Assembly (NCBI GenBank): GCA_963777595.1
Contig: CAVZRE010000010.1
Span: forward strand, 174,772 to 238,771
Reading direction: 5' to 3'
DNA: 64,000 nucleotides
From: Terriglobia bacterium
Lineage (GTDB): Bacteria > Acidobacteriota > Terriglobia > Bryobacterales > Bryobacteraceae
Made by a program: the position numbers and the translations under genes. Positions 28,522-36,469 of this stretch are shown here, one piece after another (the stretch's first letter is position 1; every line of letters begins with the position of its first letter). Below the pieces are notes generated by a model, which did not search any database, was not told where the DNA came from, and worked only from the letters and a program-made list of their open reading frames with translations.

Positions 28522-29661
28522 TCAGGCAGTTACTTTAACCCAGCTTCGCTTGGCGGCCGATTCCAGCACCGCGCTGGTTACATAATCGGTCTTCATCGCG
28601 TCCCGGAAAGTGGGAGCCGCGGACGTGCCTCCGGCGAGCGCCTCTAGAAAATCGGCGGCCTGGTGGATGAACGTATGCTCATAGCCGATCTGCAGTCCCG
28701 GAACCCACCAGTGCTTCATATAAGGATGGTCGCCGTCGGTGACGTGGATGCTTCTCCAGCCTCGCAGCCGGCCTTCGTCGCGATAATCGAAGAACTGCAG
28801 CCGGTGAAGGTCGTGCAGGTCCCACTCGATGGAGCCATTCTCGCCATTGATCTCGAACGTATACTGCGCCTTGTGCCCCCGGGCGTACCGCGTGGCTTCG
28901 AAAGTGGCTAGCGAGCCGTTGCGGAAGCGCGCCAGAAATGCGCTGGCATCGTCGATTTGGACGGGTTCTTCCTTACCGGTCAGATTGTGCTTGCGGCTCT
29001 TGATGAAGGTCTCCGTCATCGCCGTGACTTCATCGATCTGCCCGTTCAGCCACATCGCGGTGTCGATGTTGTGCGCCAGCAGATCTCCCGTGACGCCGCT
29101 GCCCGCGACGGCGGCATCCAGCCGCCACAGGCCTTCGCCGCCCTGCGGAAGGTCGCTCGAAATCGTCCAGTCCTGTAGGAAAACGGTCCGGTAGTGAAAA
29201 ATTCTGCCCAGCCGGCCTTCGTCGATCAGTTGCTTCGCTAGCATCACCGCGGGAACACGCCGGTAGTTATACCAGACCATATTAGGGACACGAGCGTCCT
29301 CCACGGCTTTAACCATCGCTTCGGACTCGCCTGGATTCCGCCCCAGCGGCTTCTCGCACATCACCATCTTCCCGGCCTGCGCCGCGGCGATCGCAATCTC
29401 CGCGTGAGTGTCGTTCGGGCTGGCGATATCGATCAGGTCGATATCCGGCGAGTCGATCAGTCTCCGCCAGTCGGTTTCGAATGATTCAAACCCCCACTGT
29501 TCGGCGAAAGCCTTGGCCCGGTCCGCCTTTCTCGCGCAGACAGTCTTGAGGACCGGCTGGTATGCAAGATCGAAAAAGTTCGCGACTTTGGCAAACGCGT
29601 TAGAGTGAGTGCGGCCCATGAATCCGTAGCCGACCATACCGATCTTCAATTTCTTGTGCAT
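28522..29661 (-). CDS. Gfo/Idh/MocA-family NAD(P)-dependent oxidoreductase
   Basis: [18 protein letters not shown] Rossmann N-terminus and a CEKPL motif. 379 aa. Lies 11 nt upstream of the DUF1080 gene. Confidence 0.85.
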   Translation of the reverse strand: MHKKLKIGMVGYGFMGRTHSNAFAKVANFFDLAYQPVLKTVCARKADRAKAFAEQWGFESFETDWRRLIDSPDIDLIDIASPNDTHAEIAIAAAQAGKMVMCEKPLGRNPGESEAMVKAVEDARVPNMVWYNYRRVPAVMLAKQLIDEGRLGRIFHYRTVFLQDWTISSDLPQGGEGLWRLDAAVAGSGVTGDLLAHNIDTAMWLNGQIDEVTAMTETFIKSRKHNLTGKEEPVQIDDASAFLARFRNGSLATFEATRYARGHKAQYTFEINGENGSIEWDLHDLHRLQFFDYRDEGRLRGWRSIHVTDGDHPYMKHWWVPGLQIGYEHTFIHQAADFLEALAGGTSAAPTFRDAMKTDYVTSAVLESAAKRSWVKVTA

Positions 29662-29791
29662 CCCTGGAAGCTCCGGAGAATTATATCAGCACCACCAAAA
29701 ACCGTGGGACTGGCCCACAACTCTCGAACGGCCGCTCGATCGTCGCCTGCACGTAACCGGGCGCATGAGTTATAAAGAATGAAGGTTCCTC

Positions 29792-30268
29792 ATGCTAAAC
29801 TCCTCTACCTACCGCTTGACTTTCTGCGCGGCGTTGCTCACGGTTGCGGCCAACGCGCAATCGCTAAAACTTCCGGACGGCCCCGGGAAAGACGTCACTC
29901 AGCGTATTTGCGGAGAATGCCATGGCGCAGAACTGGTGCTCGGGCGCCAGGAAGAGCGGGAAACTTGGGGTGCGATCGTCGAGGACATGATGCAGCGCGG
30001 CGCCACCGGCACCGACGACGAGATGTATCAGGTGGTCGATTATCTGGCAACCCACTTCTCCAAGACTTCACCCGTAATCAAGATTAACGTGAATAAGGCC
30101 ACAGCCAAGGATTTACAAGCCACGTTGAGGCTCACCGATAAAGAAGCGGCCGCGATCGTTCAACGGCGTCAGGATAAGGGCGACTACAAATCCGTCGACG
30201 AACTGGAAAAGGTTGCGGGCGTCAGCCCGGCCAAGATCGAAGCGAGCAAGAACCGGCTGGCGTTTTAG
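29792..30268 (+). CDS. Exported mono-haem c-type cytochrome domain fused to a ComEA-like helix-hairpin-helix domain
   Basis: Signal peptide, then CGECH (CxxCH) in a ~70-aa domain, followed by INVNKATAKDLQATLRLTDKEAAAIV...SVDELEKVAGVSPAKI, a ComEA-type tandem HhH. Confidence 0.7.
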   Translation: MLNSSTYRLTFCAALLTVAANAQSLKLPDGPGKDVTQRICGECHGAELVLGRQEERETWGAIVEDMMQRGATGTDDEMYQVVDYLATHFSKTSPVIKINVNKATAKDLQATLRLTDKEAAAIVQRRQDKGDYKSVDELEKVAGVSPAKIEASKNRLAF

Positions 30269-30738
30269 GTTCGCCGGTTGTCGGGCTGGTGAAATCCTGG
30301 CTGTAAACCACTCGTCAGGCGGCTTTCGCATTGTTCAGATCGGGATGCACTCCCGTTGCGCGTAATCGAGCGACATCGTGACCGTCCGGCCAAGTGAGAT
30401 GTAAGTCACCTGGCTATCGGCAGCAGGGATATGAGCTTGGCCTCACCGGTGTCACCGTATATTGGATAATAACGTCCACATTCTGTGACGGTGGGGATCC
30501 AGTGAGATCAGGGGAGACGTTCCTCTTCCAGGCAGAAGTTACTGTTTGAGCGTAAAAGCTTCGAGGATGCCGCAATAGTATCCATGAGAATACCCACCGC
30601 ATATGCGCCCCGCGTAAGTACCCGTGAGTACCGTGAGATTGCTCCCAAATGGGCTACGTACCGGGTGCTCTAGGCCTTCGCCTGAGCGCCACAGTGCGGC
30701 GCCCACCACAAAGCTGTTATTTTAGGAACTTCCACGCT

Positions 30739-32289
30739 ATGAGAAGAACAACTGTCGTGATTCTGATTGCCGCAGGCTGCGCCTTGCTTTGGGGAGCGGA
30801 ATGGCCGACCGACGGCGGCGATACCAAGCGGGACAACTGGCAGCGCAACGAGAAGATACTGACCCCTGACAACGTCAAGAATCTCAAGATCCTCTGGAAG
30901 CTCCAGCTCGACAACCGGCCGCAGGAGATGCACGCCCTCTTCCCGCCCTTGCTCGTGGACGTGAAGACTCCTACCGGCTCCAAACAAATTGCCATCGACG
31001 CGGGCATCTCCGACAACCTCTATGCGATCGATGTGGAGACCGGAAAGGTCATCTGGAAAAAACACTTCGAGTATCCCGAGCCGGCCAGGAGAGGCAAAGT
31101 CGACGATCCGCTCTGTCCTCCAGGACAGACTGCGACTCCGGTCGTCGGGCCGCCCACTGCAACCGGCGCGAGGACGGTCTACGCCATGGCGGGAGACGGT
31201 CAGGTGCATTCACTCAATGTCGCCGACGGCGAGGATGTCGCCACGCCCTTCAAGTTCGGTTATCCCAATGGCAAGTCGTACTCGCTCAACCTCTGGCACG
31301 ACTATCTCTTCACCACCACCTCGCAAGGCTGTGCGGGAAATCCTAACCAGATGTGGGCCGTAAGCATCACCGATCCGGAGCACAAAGTGATGACCGCGAG
31401 TCCGCACAGCGGCGGCCTGTGGGGACGAGCCGGCGCGGCAATCGATTCCAACGGAGTCGCTTGGGCGCCCACCGGCGACGGCCATTACGACCCCGCGAAA
31501 GAAATGTACGGCAACGGGCTCATTGGCGCAAAAGTGGAAGGAGATGAGCTCAAAATCAAGGACTGGTATATTCCGTCGAATGCCGTGTGGCTCCAGAAGC
31601 GCGACCTTGACATGCAGGTCACCCCGGCAATCTTCCCCTTCAAGGGCCGCGAACTGATGGTCACCGGCAGCAAAGAGTGCCGCGTGTATCTCCTGGACAC
31701 CCAATCCGCGGGAGGCGAAAATCATCAATCGCCCCTCTACCGGACGCAGCTGCTCTGCAATGAAGAGGCTGATTTCCAATCGGCCGGCATCTGGGGCGAA
31801 ATGGCCACGTGGGAGGATACGGACGGTACGCGCTGGACCCTGACACCTTTCTGGGGCCCGGTCCATCCCGACTTCAAACCTCCGATTTCCTACGGTCCGG
31901 TAACACATGGCGCTGTCGTGGCATTTAAAGTGGAAGAAAAGGATGGCAAAACTGAGTTAGTGCCGGCCTGGATGTCTCGCGATATGGACCAGGCGGAGCC
32001 GCCGGTGATCGCTAACGGCGTGGTTTACGGCTTTGGCAGCGGAGAGAATACCCGGCAGGCCTACGCCGATCGCGGATTGGCCGATAAGAGTTCTGAGCGC
32101 ATCAAACATTCCACTCACGCGGTGCTCTATGCGCTGGACGCCCGCACCGGTAAAGAGTTGTTTTCGAGCGGCGACCAGATCAAATCGTTCAACCACTTCA
32201 GCGGATTGTCGATAGCCAATGGCCGCGTCTACATCAGTACCTTCGACAGCGTGCTCTATTGCTTCGGTCTGCCGGGGAGTCACGAATAA
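30739..32289 (+). CDS. PQQ-like/BamB-like beta-propeller repeat protein (paralogue 1)
   Basis: Start at ATG 30739 (MRRTTVVILIAAGCALLWGAEWPTDGGDTKRDNWQ). Repeated propeller blades occur (LYAIDVETGKVIWK, LYALDARTGKELF, RVYISTFDSVLYCFG). Confidence 0.75.
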   Translation: MRRTTVVILIAAGCALLWGAEWPTDGGDTKRDNWQRNEKILTPDNVKNLKILWKLQLDNRPQEMHALFPPLLVDVKTPTGSKQIAIDAGISDNLYAIDVETGKVIWKKHFEYPEPARRGKVDDPLCPPGQTATPVVGPPTATGARTVYAMAGDGQVHSLNVADGEDVATPFKFGYPNGKSYSLNLWHDYLFTTTSQGCAGNPNQMWAVSITDPEHKVMTASPHSGGLWGRAGAAIDSNGVAWAPTGDGHYDPAKEMYGNGLIGAKVEGDELKIKDWYIPSNAVWLQKRDLDMQVTPAIFPFKGRELMVTGSKECRVYLLDTQSAGGENHQSPLYRTQLLCNEEADFQSAGIWGEMATWEDTDGTRWTLTPFWGPVHPDFKPPISYGPVTHGAVVAFKVEEKDGKTELVPAWMSRDMDQAEPPVIANGVVYGFGSGENTRQAYADRGLADKSSERIKHSTHAVLYALDARTGKELFSSGDQIKSFNHFSGLSIANGRVYISTFDSVLYCFGLPGSHE

Positions 32290-33938
32290 TGAAAAGGACT
32301 TCGGTTCTAATAGCAATTTCGCTGGTCGCCTGCCTGCTGGCGAGCCCCCAGGGCCGTCCCATCGATTGGCCCTCTGATAAGGGAGATGCGCAGCGCAGCG
32401 GTTGGGAAAAGGTAGATACCAGGATTACGAAGGACAACGTCAAGGATTTCCAACTGGTCCTCAAACGCAAGCTGGAGAATGCCCCGGCGGGTGCGTATTC
32501 GCTGACGCCTCCCGTGGTGATCGGGCTGTTGATTTCTTATCGCGGCTTTAAGGAGCTGGCATTCGTCGCCGGTAGTTCCGGGAGTATGTGGGCCCTCGAC
32601 GTCGATATGGATCGCATCTTTTGGCAAAAGCAGCTTGAAGTTCGCAATAAGGCCAAAGCTTCCGAGGCTTGCGCCGGCGTGATGGCGATTCCGGCCCTGA
32701 TACCGCCAATCAACTTCGGGTTGCGTCCCCGCCCCGCCGGCGCGGCTCCAGTCGCTCCAGCCACCACTGCCGCTCCCCATCCTGCACCTGCCAAACTAAC
32801 CGTCGTGCCGCCTCCGGATGTGCCCGCGCGTCCCATGAGCAGAGGCACGCTAGGGGCCGGCGGTTTCGGCGCACCTCGTCCGGTCTTTAGCCTTTCAGCC
32901 GACGGCAAACTTCACGTGATGAATACCTCGACAGGCGAAGATATCTCACCGCCTCTGCCCTTCGTCCCGGCAAAAACAAGAGCCTCCAGCTTGACCGTTA
33001 CCGCCAACACGGTCTACACCACAGCCACGGATTGCGGCAATGGAAGCAGTGGCGTTTATGCCATGGATTTGAGCGCATCTGACAAGAAGACGCCCACAGT
33101 TGCGAAATTTGCCCTCAACGGCGGCAGCATATCCCGTAACGGTGGCCTCGCGATGGCGAACGACGGCACGGTCTTTGTCCAGACCGGACCCGGAGTCATG
33201 GATCCCGGCGCCAACAAGTGGTCTAACACGCTGCTGGCCTTGACGCCGAAGACGCTCAAGCTGGCCAACTACTTCACGCTTCCCGATGCGGGTTCGGAGC
33301 CGAAAAGCGCGGCCAGCCTGTCGACGCCCGTGGTGTTCACGTATAAGAACAAGGAATTGCTGGTGTCGGCCGGCGCTGACGGACGGCTCTATCTGTTGGA
33401 TGCCAAGACGCCCGGCGGAGAAGATCACAAGACTCCGTTGTTTCAAACCCCGCCGGTCACCTCGCCCGGCGCAGGCATTTGGGGAGGGTTGTCCAGTTGG
33501 CAGGAACCGTCCGGCACACGCTGGATCCTCGCTCCCGTCTGGGGACCGGTGAATGCCGCATTGCAGCTTCCGGACGACAACGGCTCGGCTCCAAACGGCG
33601 CGATCGTCGCGTTCAAGCTGCAGGATCGCGGCGGCAAACTGTCGCTCGTGCCGGCCTGGGTCTCACGGGATATCAAATCTCCGGAACCTCCCGTCATCAC
33701 CAGCGGTGTGATCTTTACGCTGTCCGCGGGAGATTACGGCTTGGACGAGCATTCCAAGAGCTCTTCGGGCGCGACTCTCTATGCGCTCGATGGCGCCACG
33801 GGTAAGGTGCTGTATTCGACCGGCGACCAGGTGGCTTTGCCCGCGAATTTGACAGGCATCACCGTAGCGAATGGCCGCGTTTTCTTCTCCACCACGGACA
33901 ATACCTTATACGCCTTTGGAATCTATCTCGAACGATAA
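32289..33938 (+). CDS. PQQ-like/BamB-like beta-propeller repeat protein (paralogue 2)
   Basis: ATG overlaps the upstream stop (TAATG). Clear paralogy with the upstream gene (TRWILAPVWGPV vs TRWTLTPFWGPV; LVPAWVSRD vs LVPAWMSRD; LYALDGATGKVLYSTGDQ vs LYALDARTGKELFSSGDQ). Confidence 0.75.
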   Translation: MKRTSVLIAISLVACLLASPQGRPIDWPSDKGDAQRSGWEKVDTRITKDNVKDFQLVLKRKLENAPAGAYSLTPPVVIGLLISYRGFKELAFVAGSSGSMWALDVDMDRIFWQKQLEVRNKAKASEACAGVMAIPALIPPINFGLRPRPAGAAPVAPATTAAPHPAPAKLTVVPPPDVPARPMSRGTLGAGGFGAPRPVFSLSADGKLHVMNTSTGEDISPPLPFVPAKTRASSLTVTANTVYTTATDCGNGSSGVYAMDLSASDKKTPTVAKFALNGGSISRNGGLAMANDGTVFVQTGPGVMDPGANKWSNTLLALTPKTLKLANYFTLPDAGSEPKSAASLSTPVVFTYKNKELLVSAGADGRLYLLDAKTPGGEDHKTPLFQTPPVTSPGAGIWGGLSSWQEPSGTRWILAPVWGPVNAALQLPDDNGSAPNGAIVAFKLQDRGGKLSLVPAWVSRDIKSPEPPVITSGVIFTLSAGDYGLDEHSKSSSGATLYALDGATGKVLYSTGDQVALPANLTGITVANGRVFFSTTDNTLYAFGIYLER

Positions 33939-33946
33939 AACGCGGA

Positions 33947-34834
33947 CTAACTCGCCAGCGCCAGATTCAGGTTCTCGATCGCTTCGTCGATCTCGGCTGT
34001 GTTCTTGTAGCCCACGGTTACGCTATCGACGCCCGCGTGCCTGAAGGCGAATCGCATCGCCGCCTGCCGGTCCTCACGCGAAGTGAACGCGCCTTCTCCC
34101 ACCAGCTTCATGCTGATGACGCCCATGCCTTGATCGTGGACCTGCTTGACGTGCGTGACCACCTCGCTCACATTTCCCGGCCCGTTCGTGTTGAACTGCT
34201 CGGCGTCCATCTTCGTGCCCTTGTGGTTCATGCGGATCATTGCGATCTCCAGCCACTTGTTGTCCGGCATCTGGCGCAGCGCAGGCAGGCCATGTACCGA
34301 CGCGCCGCGTCCCAGGATCACTTTCTTTTGCGTCGCTTCCAGAATTCCGTCCTGCCATCTCACGGTGTCTTTCGGCCACGTCGCGACATGCTGATAGTGC
34401 AGCAGCATCACGTCGAAATAATCGGTATTCGCCAACTTCCGCAGCTCGTCGATCTTCTCTTGCGGGTCTACCCCTTCGTGCGTCGTCACCTTGGACATCA
34501 GCCGGTAACTGTCGCGAGGAACCCCTTTCAACGCGATGCCTAACATCTTGTGCATCTCGCCATACGTTTCGGCAGTTTCAAAGAAACGAATCCCTCTGTC
34601 ATACGCGTGACGCACCAGTTTGGTGAACTCTTCCTGCCCCAAATCACGCTGCACCTTGCCGCTCATGGTTCCCGTGCCGAAAGCCAGCCGTGTTACTTTT
34701 ACGTCGGACTTTCCCAGTGTGACCCAGTCTGTCGCCGATCCGCCTGACGCCCGCAACGGCAAACGTCCGGCGCCCGCCAGCGCCCCCGCGGCAAGCCCAG
34801 CCTTCAAGAAATTACGTCTGCTGCAATGCTTCAT
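33947..34834 (-). CDS. Aldo/keto reductase with twin-arginine signal
   Basis: SRRNFLKAGLAAGALAGAG Tat motif, and AKR motifs (GIRFFETAETYG, ...). Confidence 0.85.
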   Translation of the reverse strand: MKHCSRRNFLKAGLAAGALAGAGRLPLRASGGSATDWVTLGKSDVKVTRLAFGTGTMSGKVQRDLGQEEFTKLVRHAYDRGIRFFETAETYGEMHKMLGIALKGVPRDSYRLMSKVTTHEGVDPQEKIDELRKLANTDYFDVMLLHYQHVATWPKDTVRWQDGILEATQKKVILGRGASVHGLPALRQMPDNKWLEIAMIRMNHKGTKMDAEQFNTNGPGNVSEVVTHVKQVHDQGMGVISMKLVGEGAFTSREDRQAAMRFAFRHAGVDSVTVGYKNTAEIDEAIENLNLALAS

Positions 34835-34988
34835 CTCTTTCCGCCTCCATTTGGTCGAATGCTACCACGAGTCGAGTGCCTCGCGCCAGAGCGTCTCCCA
34901 ATGGGACTTACTGTCTTGCCGTCTATCTATCGACGACTGCAGTTGCACGCAGGCGAACCGGATGTCAGCTTGATCTAACTCAACGTAC

Positions 34989-35429
34989 TTACTTCTTCAA
35001 TTCCGAAGTACACATCGGGCAACGCACCGCTTTCAGCGGAATAGCGCTGGCGCAGAACGGGCATTCCTTAGTGGTCGGAACCACTTCGACGACCGGCGCA
35101 GGCTTCTTCAACTTATTAGCCCATTGCACAACCAGGAAGACAAAGAACGCCACGATCAAAAAGTTGACCACCGTGTTCAAAAAGTTGCCATATGCGATGA
35201 CTGGCGCAGCCGCCTTCTTGGCGTCCGCCAGCGTGGCATAAGTCTTCCCGTCCAGGGAAAGGAAGAGTTCACTGAAGTTGACCTTGCCCAGCGCCAGGCC
35301 GATCGGCGGCATGATGACGTCATTTACCGCCGACGTTACAATTGCCCCGAAAGCTCCTCCCACAATTACCGCAACTGCGAGGTCGAGTACGTTTCCTTTC
35401 GCAATGAACGCTTTGAACTCTTTTAGCAT
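34989..35429 (-). CDS. mscL: Large-conductance mechanosensitive channel MscL with C-terminal zinc-ribbon extension
   Basis: [31 protein letters not shown] is the canonical MscL N-terminus/TM1. The C-terminus adds CPFC-N10-CPMC. Confidence 0.85.
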   Translation of the reverse strand: MLKEFKAFIAKGNVLDLAVAVIVGGAFGAIVTSAVNDVIMPPIGLALGKVNFSELFLSLDGKTYATLADAKKAAAPVIAYGNFLNTVVNFLIVAFFVFLVVQWANKLKKPAPVVEVVPTTKECPFCASAIPLKAVRCPMCTSELKK

Positions 35430-35529
35430 AGGGTGGTTTATATCTTAGAACATTCGCTCTATTTATGCTATTTGGAGAAGCTAAAAACAGTGTTCTAAAC
35501 TTGGCAGAGTAGTTGCTAGAGGAGGACTC

Positions 35530-36417
35530 ATGGAATGGACCCCCGGCGGTAGCAGCGATGACATTGAGGATCGTCGCGACCAAAGCGGTGGTGATGACGG
35601 CGGTGGCGGTGGCGGCTTCGGCTTGGGAGGGGGTTTCGGCGGCATCCACTTAGGCCTCGGAGGCACGCTGCTGCTCCTCGTGTTGAGCTTCTTCTTTCAC
35701 ACGAACTTATTTCAGTTCTTCGCCGGATCTCCGTCTGCCTCCGTGGCGCCATCCCAGCCGGATAGCGCACGCGACGCCCAGGAGCAGCCCGAGGTCGAAT
35801 TCGTCAAATTTGTTCTGAACGACGTGCAGGGCAATTGGGATCGCGTGCTGCCGGCGCAAACCGGTGTCCCCTACCGGCACGCCAAGCTGGTTCTCTTCCG
35901 CGATGCCTATCCCTCGGGTTGCGGCCGCGCCGATACCGCGACTGGACCCTTCTACTGCCCGGAAGATCAGAAAGTCTACCTGGACCTCGGCTTCTTTGAG
36001 GAACTGGCCACCCGCTTCGGAGCTCCTGGACAGTTCGCCCAGGCCTACGTCATCGCCCACGAAATCGGCCATCACGTCCAGCAACTGCTCGGAATCGAGT
36101 CAAAGATCCGGCGTCTGCAAGAGGCCAACCCGAGAGAGGTGAATCCACTTTCGGTGCAATTGGAACTGCAAGCCGACTGCCTCGCTGGCGTTTGGGGAAA
36201 TTCGACCGAACAACGGAAGATCGTCGACCAGGCAGACGTTGAGCAGGGACTCGCGGCCGCCGCGGCCGTCGGCGACGACCGGCTGCAACGGGCCGCGCAA
36301 GGCTATGTCAGTCCCGAGAACTTTACCCACGGAACCTCGGCCCAACGGGTAGCTTCTTTTCGAAAAGGATTGGACAGCGGCCAGGTCTCCGCGTGCGGCG
36401 CGACCGCCAATCCCTAA
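35530..36417 (+). CDS. YpfJ-family neutral zinc metallopeptidase
   Basis: N-terminus MEWTPGGSSDDIEDRRDQSGG plus a Gly-rich linker and TM segment, then HEIGHHVQ. This matches the YpfJ/PF04228 layout. A GGAGG SD precedes the ATG. Confidence 0.8.
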   Translation: MEWTPGGSSDDIEDRRDQSGGDDGGGGGGFGLGGGFGGIHLGLGGTLLLLVLSFFFHTNLFQFFAGSPSASVAPSQPDSARDAQEQPEVEFVKFVLNDVQGNWDRVLPAQTGVPYRHAKLVLFRDAYPSGCGRADTATGPFYCPEDQKVYLDLGFFEELATRFGAPGQFAQAYVIAHEIGHHVQQLLGIESKIRRLQEANPREVNPLSVQLELQADCLAGVWGNSTEQRKIVDQADVEQGLAAAAAVGDDRLQRAAQGYVSPENFTHGTSAQRVASFRKGLDSGQVSACGATANP

Positions 36418-36469
36418 TCTTCAAGTGTCTTACGTTATAATCTGAACAAACTCTCTCGAAAGGGTGTTC

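Noticed and set aside
30269-30738. A 470-nt gap between the cytochrome c fusion and the first propeller gene, considered as a possible ncRNA, pseudogene or small ORF (minus ORF 30414..30602)
   Set aside because: I found no convincing hairpin architecture, repeat or protein motif. A weak HGTH-like string is in the wrong order for a subtilase remnant. It is left unannotated rather than over-called.
35502-35517. A near-consensus sigma-54 -24/-12 element (TGGCAG-N5-TTGCT) upstream of the YpfJ-like gene
   Set aside because: The GC of the -12 box lies only ~14 nt from the ATG. The predicted transcript would therefore start after the clear GGAGG Shine-Dalgarno sequence. No enhancer-binding protein gene is nearby, so it is probably a chance match.
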